Source of the DNA: an uncultured Comamonadaceae bacterium
Lineage (GTDB): Bacteria; Pseudomonadota; Gammaproteobacteria; Burkholderiales; Burkholderiaceae_C
Direction: 5' to 3'
NCBI GenBank assembly: GCA_966211955.1
Contig: CBIHOF010000002.1
Span: forward strand, 91,581 to 155,580
DNA: 64,000 bases
Each line of letters starts with the position of its first letter. Positions within the stretch are counted from its first letter, which is position 1. This document shows positions 49,178 through 57,154 of this stretch, piece by piece. Under the pieces are notes generated by a model. The model was not told where the DNA came from. It made no database searches and saw only the letters and a program-made list of their open reading frames with translations. The position numbers were made by a program, and so were the translations under genes.

Positions 49178-51394
49178 ATGTCCCCACATCACCTGGCGCG
49201 CGGGCGCTTGCCCGCGATGCTCGCGACGGCCTTCGCCTTCGCATCGCACGCGGCCTTCGCACAAGACGCCAAGCCCAGCGTGCTTGCGCCGGTCACCGTC
49301 ACCGCGGAGCGTCGCGCGGAGAACATCAAGGACGTACCGATCGCCGTCAGCACGCTCGGCGGCGAAGCGCTGGACGTTCTCAACTCCGGGGGCGAGGATG
49401 TCCGCTTCCTTTCCGGCCGCGTACCCAGCCTGAACATCGAGTCGTCCTTCGGCCGTGCATTTCCGCGTTTCTACATCCGTGGCTACGGGAACACCGACTT
49501 CCGCCTCAATGCCTCGCAACCCGTCTCGCTGATCGTCGACGACGTGGTGCAGGAGAACCCGATCCTCAAGGGCTTTCCGATCTTCGACACCGAGAAGGTC
49601 GAAGTGCTCGCCGGCCCGCAAGGCACGCTCTTCGGGCGCAACACGCCCGCCGGCGTGGTGAAGTTCGATTCGGTGGCGCCGGGCCGCAAGGCCGGTGGCT
49701 ACTTCAACGGCAGCGTGGGCAGCTTCAACAGCGTCAACCTCGAAGGTGCGTACACGATGCCCTTGAGCGAGCAGTGGTCGTCGCGCGTGTCCGTGCAGTC
49801 GCAACACCGCGGCGACTGGGTGAAGAACACCTTCGCCGCCGGCCCCACGCAAGACCTGGAAGGCTACGGCGACAACGCGCTTCGTGCGCAGTTCCTCTAC
49901 CAGCCCAGCCGCGATTTTCAAGCGCTCGTCAACGTGCATGCACGTGATCTCGACGGCAGCGCGCGGCTGTTCCGCGCGAACATCATCAAGCCCGGCACGA
50001 ACGGGTTCGTCGATGGCTTCGACCCGAAGACCATCTCCATCGACGGCAAGAACGAGCAGCACGTGAACACGGGCGGCACGAGCCTGCGCCTGAAGTGGGC
50101 GCTGGACGGCGTGACGCTGCACGCCATCACCGGCTATGAAAGCGTGCACTCCTTCAGCCGCGGCGACATCGACGGCGGCTACGGTGCCGTCTTTGCGCCG
50201 CCATCGGGGCCGGGTGTCATCCCCTTCCCGTCCGAGACGGCCGATGCGATGCGTGGCCACGGCCAGTTGACGCAGGAGTTCCGCGCCGAGTCCACCGCGC
50301 CCGGCCCGCTCAAGTGGCAAGGCGGCGTCTACGCCTTCAGCGAGCGCTATCACATCGACAGCAGCAGCTACGACTCGCTGGGCGGCGGTGCGAAGACAGG
50401 GCTCACCACCACGCAGCAGAAGAACAATGCCTGGGCGGTGTTCGGTTCGCTCAACTACGACGTGAGTCCGCAGCTCAAGGTGCGCGGCGGCCTGCGCTAT
50501 ACGCACGACAAGAAGGAGCTCGCGACCGACCCGGACGCATCGCTCGTCACGACCAACGGCCTGGCCACCAGCACCAGTGATTCCAAGGTCAGCTGGGACC
50601 TGAGCGGCACCTACGCCGTGACGCCGGACGCCAACCTGTATGCCCGCATCGCGACGGGCTTCCGCGGATCGAGCATCCAGCCCGCCTCAGCCTTTGGCGC
50701 GATGTCATCGGCCGGGCCCGAGACCACCACGTCCTACGAGATCGGCGCCAAGGCCGACGTGTTCGATCGCCGTGCCCGCGTGTCCTTCAGCCTCTTCCAC
50801 TACGACGTGCGCGACCAGCAGCTCACGGCGGTGGGCGGCACGAGCAACGCGACGCGCTTGCTCAACGCGAAGAAGTCCATGGGCCAGGGCCTGGAAGGCA
50901 CCGTCGAGGCTTACCTCGCCGAGAACCTGCTCGTGACGGTGAACGGCAGCTACAACCTCACGAAGATCAAGGACCCGGGCCTCGCGGTGGGCGTGTGCGC
51001 GGCTTGCACGGTGCTCGACCCGATGAACGCCGCGGGCCAGGCCATCATCGACGGCAACCCGCTGCCCAACGCGCCGCGCTGGATCGGCAACGTGACGCTG
51101 CGCTATGGCGTTCCCGCGGCCAGCGGCGGCGAGTACTTCGTCTTCACCGACTGGTCGTACCGCAGCCGCGTCAACTTCTTCCTCTACGAATCGACCGAGT
51201 TCACCGGCCGCGCGCTGCTCACCGGCGGCCTGCGCGCGGGCTATTCGTGGGCCAACGGCAAGTACGAGGCGGCGCTCTTCGGGCGCAACATCACCAACCA
51301 GATCCGCATCACCGGCGGCATCGACTTCAACAACCTCACGGGCTTCATCAACGAGCCGCGCATGTGGGGCGCGCAGTTCAAGGCGATGTTCTGA
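49178..51394 (+). CDS. TonB-dependent receptor
   Basis: Signal peptide, VTVTAERRAEN..DVPIAVS, plug motif VEVLAGPQGTLFGRNTPAGVV, C-terminal WGAQFKAMF. Confidence 0.93.
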   Translation: MSPHHLARGRLPAMLATAFAFASHAAFAQDAKPSVLAPVTVTAERRAENIKDVPIAVSTLGGEALDVLNSGGEDVRFLSGRVPSLNIESSFGRAFPRFYIRGYGNTDFRLNASQPVSLIVDDVVQENPILKGFPIFDTEKVEVLAGPQGTLFGRNTPAGVVKFDSVAPGRKAGGYFNGSVGSFNSVNLEGAYTMPLSEQWSSRVSVQSQHRGDWVKNTFAAGPTQDLEGYGDNALRAQFLYQPSRDFQALVNVHARDLDGSARLFRANIIKPGTNGFVDGFDPKTISIDGKNEQHVNTGGTSLRLKWALDGVTLHAITGYESVHSFSRGDIDGGYGAVFAPPSGPGVIPFPSETADAMRGHGQLTQEFRAESTAPGPLKWQGGVYAFSERYHIDSSSYDSLGGGAKTGLTTTQQKNNAWAVFGSLNYDVSPQLKVRGGLRYTHDKKELATDPDASLVTTNGLATSTSDSKVSWDLSGTYAVTPDANLYARIATGFRGSSIQPASAFGAMSSAGPETTTSYEIGAKADVFDRRARVSFSLFHYDVRDQQLTAVGGTSNATRLLNAKKSMGQGLEGTVEAYLAENLLVTVNGSYNLTKIKDPGLAVGVCAACTVLDPMNAAGQAIIDGNPLPNAPRWIGNVTLRYGVPAASGGEYFVFTDWSYRSRVNFFLYESTEFTGRALLTGGLRAGYSWANGKYEAALFGRNITNQIRITGGIDFNNLTGFINEPRMWGAQFKAMF

Positions 51395-51519
51395 GGGACT
51401 GAGGGTCGGCCGCGCCGGGGTGGCGCAGCCGCGCGTGGCGTGATGCAGCCTGATGCGATGTGAGGGCAGGGAGGGCGGGCTATGCTTGCCCCCCTCACTC
51501 ACTCACCCAGGGACGCGCG

Positions 51520-51894
51520 ATGCCTTCTGCCGACACCCTCGAGCGCTTCATTGCCATGGTCGAGAGCAACGACCATGCGCGCGCCTGCGAGGAGTTCTAC
51601 ACCGCCGGGTCCTCCATGCAGGAGAACCAGTCGCCGCCGCGCATCGGCCGCGATGCGCACGTTGCCAACGAACGCAAGGTGCTCGGTCGCGCGAAGTCGG
51701 TGACGTCGCGATGCGTGCGGCCGGTGCTGGTCAACGGCGACCATGCGGTGATCCGCTGGATCTTCCGCTTTGAATGGCTGGACGGCAGCATCACCCACAT
51801 GGAAGAGCTGGCCTGGCAGCGCTGGGAGGGCGAGCGCATCGCCGAGGAGACCTTCTTCTACGACCCTGCGCAGCGCGTTCCGCGCATGCCTTGA
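51520..51894 (+). CDS. NTF2/SnoaL-like protein
   Basis: 124 aa; EEFY..SSMQEN, GRDA, VIRWIFRF, EELAWQRW, ETFFYDP. Confidence 0.8.
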   Translation: MPSADTLERFIAMVESNDHARACEEFYTAGSSMQENQSPPRIGRDAHVANERKVLGRAKSVTSRCVRPVLVNGDHAVIRWIFRFEWLDGSITHMEELAWQRWEGERIAEETFFYDPAQRVPRMP

Positions 51895-51918
51895 CGCCCA
51901 AGGTCCCGCTGTCGCTGC

Positions 51919-53346
51919 ATGTCCCTGCTTCCGCGCATCTCCTTCCGCCAGCTGCTGATCGTCGCCTTCCTCGGGGTGGCAGCGCTGCTGGCAGCGGCGT
52001 CGTTGAACGGCCTCATCACCATCGAGCGGCTCTTGTCGCGAAGCCGCGAGGGCGCCGATCGCGCGATCGCGGCCACCGCGGCGGTGCAGCGGCTGACCGA
52101 GCGCAGCACCGCGATGGAACGTGCCGCGCGGCAATACCTCGTGCTCGACGACCCATCGTTGCGCGACGCCTTCGGCCAGGCCACGCGCGATGGCGTGGCG
52201 GCGCTCGACGAGCTTCAGCGCAACGGCCTCCCGCTCGAGCGGGCGCGGGCCTGGCAGGACGTGGCGGACCGCGTCGCCCACCAGCTGGACATGCCCCGCA
52301 ACGTGGCCCGCCTCGCGACCCGCTCGCTGGGCGACGCGTTTCGCGACTTGGCCGCCATCAACGCGCAAGTCGCCGAACAGGTGCAGACCGCGGCGCGCGC
52401 CCGCAACGAGACGCTGCGGCGCGACCTGGAAGAAGGGCGCCTCGCGCTCGCGCGCCAGGTGCTCGGTGCCATCGGCATCGCCTTGCTGATGGCGCTCGTC
52501 TTCAGCGTGTGGCTGTCGCGCCCGCTGCGCCGCGTGGTGCTCGCCATCGACGGCCTGGGCGCGAACCGGCTCGACCAGCCCATCGACATCGCGGGGCCCG
52601 CCGACGTGCGCCAACTGGGACGCAGCCTCGATGACCTGCGCGCGCGCCTGGCCAAGCTCGATTCGGACAAGGCCCGCTTCTTGCGGCATGTCTCGCATGA
52701 GCTCAAGACACCGCTGGCCGCACTGCGCGAGGGCGTGTCGCTGCTCGAGGACGGCGTCGCCGGCGAGCTCAACGCCAACCAGCGCGAGGTCGCCCGCATC
52801 CTGCGGCAGAACACGCAGCTGCTGCAAAGCCAGATCCAGGACCTGCTTGACTTCAACGCGGCGGTGTTCGAGGCGCAGAACCTCGCACGCAAGCGGGTGG
52901 AGCTGCGCGCGCTGCTGCAACGCGTGGTCGACGACCAGCGGCTGCAGGTGCAGGCCCGGCAGCTCGATGTGCGCATCGACGGCGGCCCGGCCTGGACCGA
53001 GGCCGATCCCGACAAGCTCGCGACGGCCATTGGTAACCTCTTGTCCAACGCCATCCGGTTCAGCCCGGTGGGCGGTACGATCAAGTGCAGCGTTTCGGAG
53101 CACGGCCGCGAGCACTGGATCGAGATCGCCGATTCAGGGCCCGGGGTGGCGGATGCCGATCGCAACCGTGTCTTCGAGCCGTTCTACCGAGGGGAGCGAC
53201 AGCCGAAGAACGCCGCGCGCGGCAGCGGCATCGGGCTGTCCATCGTCCATGAATACATCGCCGCCCATGGCGGTCGCATCTCGCTGCTGGGCGACGGGCC
53301 CGGCGCTACCTTTCGAATTGAATTGCCTCATTCCGATGTCCATTGA
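51919..53346 (+). CDS. glrK: sensor histidine kinase GlrK/QseE
   Basis: Two TM helices, HAMP, HVSHELKTPLAALREG, NLLSNAIRFSP, DSGPG, GSGIGLSIV. Confidence 0.85.
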   Translation: MSLLPRISFRQLLIVAFLGVAALLAAASLNGLITIERLLSRSREGADRAIAATAAVQRLTERSTAMERAARQYLVLDDPSLRDAFGQATRDGVAALDELQRNGLPLERARAWQDVADRVAHQLDMPRNVARLATRSLGDAFRDLAAINAQVAEQVQTAARARNETLRRDLEEGRLALARQVLGAIGIALLMALVFSVWLSRPLRRVVLAIDGLGANRLDQPIDIAGPADVRQLGRSLDDLRARLAKLDSDKARFLRHVSHELKTPLAALREGVSLLEDGVAGELNANQREVARILRQNTQLLQSQIQDLLDFNAAVFEAQNLARKRVELRALLQRVVDDQRLQVQARQLDVRIDGGPAWTEADPDKLATAIGNLLSNAIRFSPVGGTIKCSVSEHGREHWIEIADSGPGVADADRNRVFEPFYRGERQPKNAARGSGIGLSIVHEYIAAHGGRISLLGDGPGATFRIELPHSDVH

Positions 53347-53971
53347 ATCGTTCGCGCGACGCTGCAGTGCCTGGCTGGCGGTGTGCCTGCTGTCTGCCTG
53401 CGTGCCGTTCGCCCCGCGCAAGGAACCCGCGCCCGTGCCCGTGGAGGCGGCCGCCTCTGCGCCGGAGCCTGCGGCCTCGGCACCGCCCGTGCCCGCGGCC
53501 ACCGCGGCCACCGCGGCCGACATGGCCGCCCGCGACATGCTGGTCTTCAACGACCGCGCACGGCAGATGCCCGCGGCAGACCTGGCACGCGAGATCGGTG
53601 CCCGCAACCCCGACCCGAGCAACCCTCGCGCAATGCTCGAGCTCGCCATTCTCCTGGGCTACACCAAGACCAACGGCGACGTCGGGCGCGCGCTCGCGCT
53701 CGTGGATGCCCTCGTGCGTCAGGCCTCGCCGGAGGCCGCGCCCTACCAGCCGCTCGCGCGGTTGCTGCAGATGCGCTACCTCGACCAGCGACGGCTGGAG
53801 GAGCAGCTCGAAAAGCAGAACGCGCAGGCCCGCGACAGCCAGCGTCGCATCGACCAGCTCAACGAGAAGCTCGAGGCGCTCAAGGCCATCGAGCGCAGCC
53901 TGTCGACGAGGCCCGCGGCGAGCGGTGGTGCGCCAGCGTCGGCGCCGCCGCCGAAGGCCGGCGCGCAATGA
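53336..53971 (+). CDS. qseG: QseG/YfhG-like outer-membrane lipoprotein
   Basis: Lipobox LLSAC; C-terminal coiled coil KLEALKAIERSLSTR; lies between kinase and regulator. Confidence 0.75.
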   Translation: MSIESFARRCSAWLAVCLLSACVPFAPRKEPAPVPVEAAASAPEPAASAPPVPAATAATAADMAARDMLVFNDRARQMPAADLAREIGARNPDPSNPRAMLELAILLGYTKTNGDVGRALALVDALVRQASPEAAPYQPLARLLQMRYLDQRRLEEQLEKQNAQARDSQRRIDQLNEKLEALKAIERSLSTRPAASGGAPASAPPPKAGAQ

Positions 53972-53984
53972 CGGGCAACTCGCG

Positions 53985-55358
53985 GTGAAGGAGCACATCC
54001 TCGTCGTCGACGACGACCCGGACCTGCTGCAGCTGCTGTCCATGCGGCTGTCGGCGGCCGGCTACCGGGTGACGGCGGTGGCATCCCCCGAGGCGGCGCT
54101 CGCGCAGGTCGACGTCGAGCGTCCGCAGGTGGTGCTGAGCGATGTGCAACTGCCCGGGCGTGACGGCATCGCGCTCTTCGATGAAATCCGCGTGCGGCAT
54201 CCGTCGCTGCCGGTCATCCTGCTGACCGCGCACGGCAGCATTCCCGACGCGGTCGAGGCGACATCGCGCGGCGTCTTCAGCTACCTCACCAAGCCCTTCG
54301 ACGGCAAGGCGGTGCTCGACAAGATCGCGCAGGCGATTGCCCTGTCCACGCCCGCGAGTGACGGTGACGTGACGGGCCAGGAGTGGCGCTCGGAGATCGT
54401 GAGCCGGTCGAGCCGCATGAGCGAGCTGCTCAACGAAGCGCGTCTGGTCGCGCGCTCGGATGCGAGCGTGCTGCTGCGTGGCGAGAGCGGCAGTGGCAAG
54501 GAGCTGCTCGCCAAGGCGATCCATCGCGCGAGTGCACGCGCATCGCGCGCGTTCGTGGCAGTGAACTGCGGCGCGATTCCTGAAGCGCTGCTCGAATCGG
54601 AACTCTTCGGCCACGTGAAGGGCGCGTTCACCGGCGCCCTGGCCAACCGGCGTGGCCTGTTCCAGGCGGCCGACGGGGGCACGCTCTTCCTCGACGAGAT
54701 CGGCGACATGCCGCCCGCCTTGCAGGTGAAGCTGCTGCGTGTGCTGCAAGAGCGCTCGGTGCGGCCGGTGGGCGCGAGCGAATCGATTCCGATCGACGTG
54801 CGCGTCATCTCCGCCACGCACCGCGACCTCGACAGCGCGATGGCCGACGGGCAATTTCGCGAAGACCTCTACTACCGGCTCAACGTGGTCACGCTCACGC
54901 TGCCCACGCTCGGCGAACGGCGCGAGGACATTGCGCTGTTGGCCAACCATTTCCTCGCGAAGTTCGCGGCCAAGTACGCCAAGCGCCTCAACGGCTTCGC
55001 GCCCGACGCGCTCAAGGCGTTGACCATGGCCTCGTGGCCCGGCAACGTGCGCCAGCTCAACAACGTGGCCGAGCAGGTGTGCGCACTGGCCACCACGCCC
55101 ATCGTGCCGCTGAGCCTGGTGCAACGTGCGCTGCGCGTGCCGGGTGTCGAGGTGCTGACGCTCGCGCAGGCCCGGCAGCGCTTCGAGCGCGATTACCTCG
55201 TCGGGCTGCTCAAGCTCTCCGATGGCAACGTCGCCGATGCGGCTCGATTGGCCGATCGCAACCGGACGGAGTTCTATCGGTTGCTGCAGAAGCATGGCCT
55301 GACGCCGGGGCAGTTTCGGTCAGATTTCACGGTTTCCGAGCCGCCTGTCGCCGACTAG
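53985..55358 (+). CDS. glrR: sigma54-dependent response regulator GlrR/QseF
   Basis: HILVVDDDP receiver, GESGSGKE, ELFGHVKGAFTGA, WPGNVRQL, RNRTEFYRLL HTH typical of GlrR. Confidence 0.9.
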   Translation: MKEHILVVDDDPDLLQLLSMRLSAAGYRVTAVASPEAALAQVDVERPQVVLSDVQLPGRDGIALFDEIRVRHPSLPVILLTAHGSIPDAVEATSRGVFSYLTKPFDGKAVLDKIAQAIALSTPASDGDVTGQEWRSEIVSRSSRMSELLNEARLVARSDASVLLRGESGSGKELLAKAIHRASARASRAFVAVNCGAIPEALLESELFGHVKGAFTGALANRRGLFQAADGGTLFLDEIGDMPPALQVKLLRVLQERSVRPVGASESIPIDVRVISATHRDLDSAMADGQFREDLYYRLNVVTLTLPTLGERREDIALLANHFLAKFAAKYAKRLNGFAPDALKALTMASWPGNVRQLNNVAEQVCALATTPIVPLSLVQRALRVPGVEVLTLAQARQRFERDYLVGLLKLSDGNVADAARLADRNRTEFYRLLQKHGLTPGQFRSDFTVSEPPVAD

Positions 55359-55363
55359 CGACA
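55346..55363. promoter_or_regulatory. GlrR-type upstream activator site 1
   Basis: TGTC-GCCGACTAGC-GACA is an exact TGTC-N10-GACA match and overlaps the glrR stop codon. Confidence 0.7.
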
Positions 55364-55379
55364 ACAGAAAGTCCTTGCT

Positions 55380-55392
55380 TATCAAGGACTTG
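55380..55392 (+). promoter_or_regulatory. putative IHF binding site
   Basis: TATCAAGGACTTG is an exact match to WATCAANNNNTTR. Confidence 0.55.
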
Positions 55393-55411
55393 CGTATGAC
55401 GCACTGCAGCA

Positions 55412-55429
55412 TGTCGCCATTCGGCGACG
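55412..55429. promoter_or_regulatory. GlrR-type upstream activator site 2
   Basis: TGTC-GCCATTCGGC-GACG; shares TGTCGCC-N4-RGCGAC with site 1. Confidence 0.65.
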
Positions 55430-55525
55430 CTTTGACGCACTTCCCCTCGTGAAAACCCTCGCCCGCAGCGCGACAGGAGCTGCTCGGCCGTTCCAAGTCC
55501 TTGTCACGGCAGGACTTTTTCTCAC

Positions 55526-55541
55526 TGGCACGGACCTCGCA
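55526..55541 (+). promoter_or_regulatory. sigma54 -24/-12 promoter upstream of opgG
   Basis: TGGCACGGACCTCGCA is a near-consensus match to TGGCACG-N4-TTGCW. Confidence 0.75.
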
Positions 55542-55606
55542 ATGGAGAGGGCTGGCGGCCTGCCGGTCGCCTCGCCATCCATTGCATTCAGAGGGGTTCC
55601 GTCATC

Positions 55607-57154
55607 TTGTCTGCGCCGTCGTCGACGCTTGCCTTTGCTCGCGCCCCACTGCCACGCTGCTTGCGCCGTGCGCTGGCCTTGCTTGCCCTCGCGGCACCGC
55701 TGCTGGCGCAAGCATTCGGCTTCGATGACGTCGCCGCGCGGGCCAGGGCCGAATCGCAAGCGCCCTACCGTGCGCCCGCCGTCACCGCGCCGGCGGAACT
55801 GAAGGCGCTCAGCTACGACCAGTACCGCGACATCCGCTTCAAGCCCGAGCGCGCGCTCGGGCGCCAGGACGGCCTGCCCTTCGAGCTGATGTTCTTCCAC
55901 ATCGGCAAGTTCCAGACGCTGCCCGTGAGCATCAACGAGATCGGGCCGACTGGCGTGCGCCACATCGGCTTCGACCCGCGCGACTACGACTACGGCAAGA
56001 ACAAGCTCGACACCGGCCGCTGGCCTGATCTTGGCCACGCCGGCTTCCGCGTGCACTACGCGCTCAACGCGCCCGGCTACAAGGACGAGCTCGCCGTGTT
56101 CCTCGGGGCGAGCTACTTCCGTGCGCTCGGCGCGGGTCAGCGCTACGGCTTGTCGGCACGTGGCCTTGCGATCGATACCGTGGGCGGCAAGGGCGAAGAG
56201 TTCCCTCGGTTCAAGGAGTTCTGGATCGAGCGGCCCGCGGCCAATGCGACTGCGCTCACGATCTATGCGCTGCTCGACTCGCCGCGTGCGGCTGGCGCCT
56301 ATCGCTTCGTGCTGCATCCGGGCACTCAGACTGCAGTCGATGTCACCGCGCGGCTGTACCTGCGCGAAGGTGTCGCCACGCTCGGCATCGCGCCGCTCAC
56401 GAGCATGTTCCAGCATGGCGAGAACAGCCCGCGAAGCGATGAATTCCGCCCCGAGGTGCATGACTCCGACGGGCTGATGATCCAGGGCGGCGATGGCGAA
56501 TGGCTGTGGCGCCCGCTCGTGAACCCCGGTCGCGCACAGGTGTCGTCGTTCACCGTGCACGACGTCAAGGGCTTCGGCCTGATGCAGCGCGACCGGTCTT
56601 TCGCGAACTACGAAGACCTGGAAGCGCGCTACGAGCGCCGGCCGAGCGCCTGGGTGGTGCCGCAAGGCGACTGGGGCGCCGGTCGCGTCGAGATGCTGCA
56701 GTTGCCCACGCCCGACGAGACCAACGACAACATCGTTGCCTACTGGACGCCCGAGCGCCTGCCTGCACCGGGCCAGCCGCTCGAGTTGTCGTGGCGCGTG
56801 CTCTGGCAGGGCGATGCACAGGCACACCCACCCAACGGCTGGACGGTGCAGTCGCGGCTCGGCCGCGGCTTCAAGCAGCTCGGCCCCGACGAGTTCCAGT
56901 ACGTCGTCGACTTCGCCGGCCCCGCGCTCGATGCGCTCGGCGCCGATGCACGCGTCGAGGCCGTTGCCACGGCCGTCGCCAACGCGCGGCTCATCGAACA
57001 GAACGCCTACCCCAACGAAGCCCGCGGTGGCTACCGCATGACGCTGCACGTCAAGCGCATCGACCGCAGCAAGCCGGTGGAGTTGCGCGCCTTTCTTCAA
57101 CACGGCTCTCACGCATTGACGGAAACATGGACCACGCTGATTCCATCCGATTGA
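55607..57154 (+). CDS. opgG: glucan biosynthesis protein G
   Basis: LSYDQYRDIRF, GLSARGLAIDT, EEFPRF, RPEVHDSDGL, GFGLMQRDR, DETNDNIVAYW. TTG start uncertain. Confidence 0.95.
   Translation: MSAPSSTLAFARAPLPRCLRRALALLALAAPLLAQAFGFDDVAARARAESQAPYRAPAVTAPAELKALSYDQYRDIRFKPERALGRQDGLPFELMFFHIGKFQTLPVSINEIGPTGVRHIGFDPRDYDYGKNKLDTGRWPDLGHAGFRVHYALNAPGYKDELAVFLGASYFRALGAGQRYGLSARGLAIDTVGGKGEEFPRFKEFWIERPAANATALTIYALLDSPRAAGAYRFVLHPGTQTAVDVTARLYLREGVATLGIAPLTSMFQHGENSPRSDEFRPEVHDSDGLMIQGGDGEWLWRPLVNPGRAQVSSFTVHDVKGFGLMQRDRSFANYEDLEARYERRPSAWVVPQGDWGAGRVEMLQLPTPDETNDNIVAYWTPERLPAPGQPLELSWRVLWQGDAQAHPPNGWTVQSRLGRGFKQLGPDEFQYVVDFAGPALDALGADARVEAVATAVANARLIEQNAYPNEARGGYRMTLHVKRIDRSKPVELRAFLQHGSHALTETWTTLIPSD

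Noticed and set aside
48755-50506. 583-aa minus-strand ORF
   Set aside because: Antisense to the TonB-dependent receptor.
51895-51918. glmY-like sRNA upstream of glrK, as in enterobacteria
   Set aside because: The gap is only 24 bp; no promoter or terminator structure.
55458-55475. Third GlrR site ending in GCGACA
   Set aside because: Only a half-site; the left arm is mismatched and spacing is off by one.
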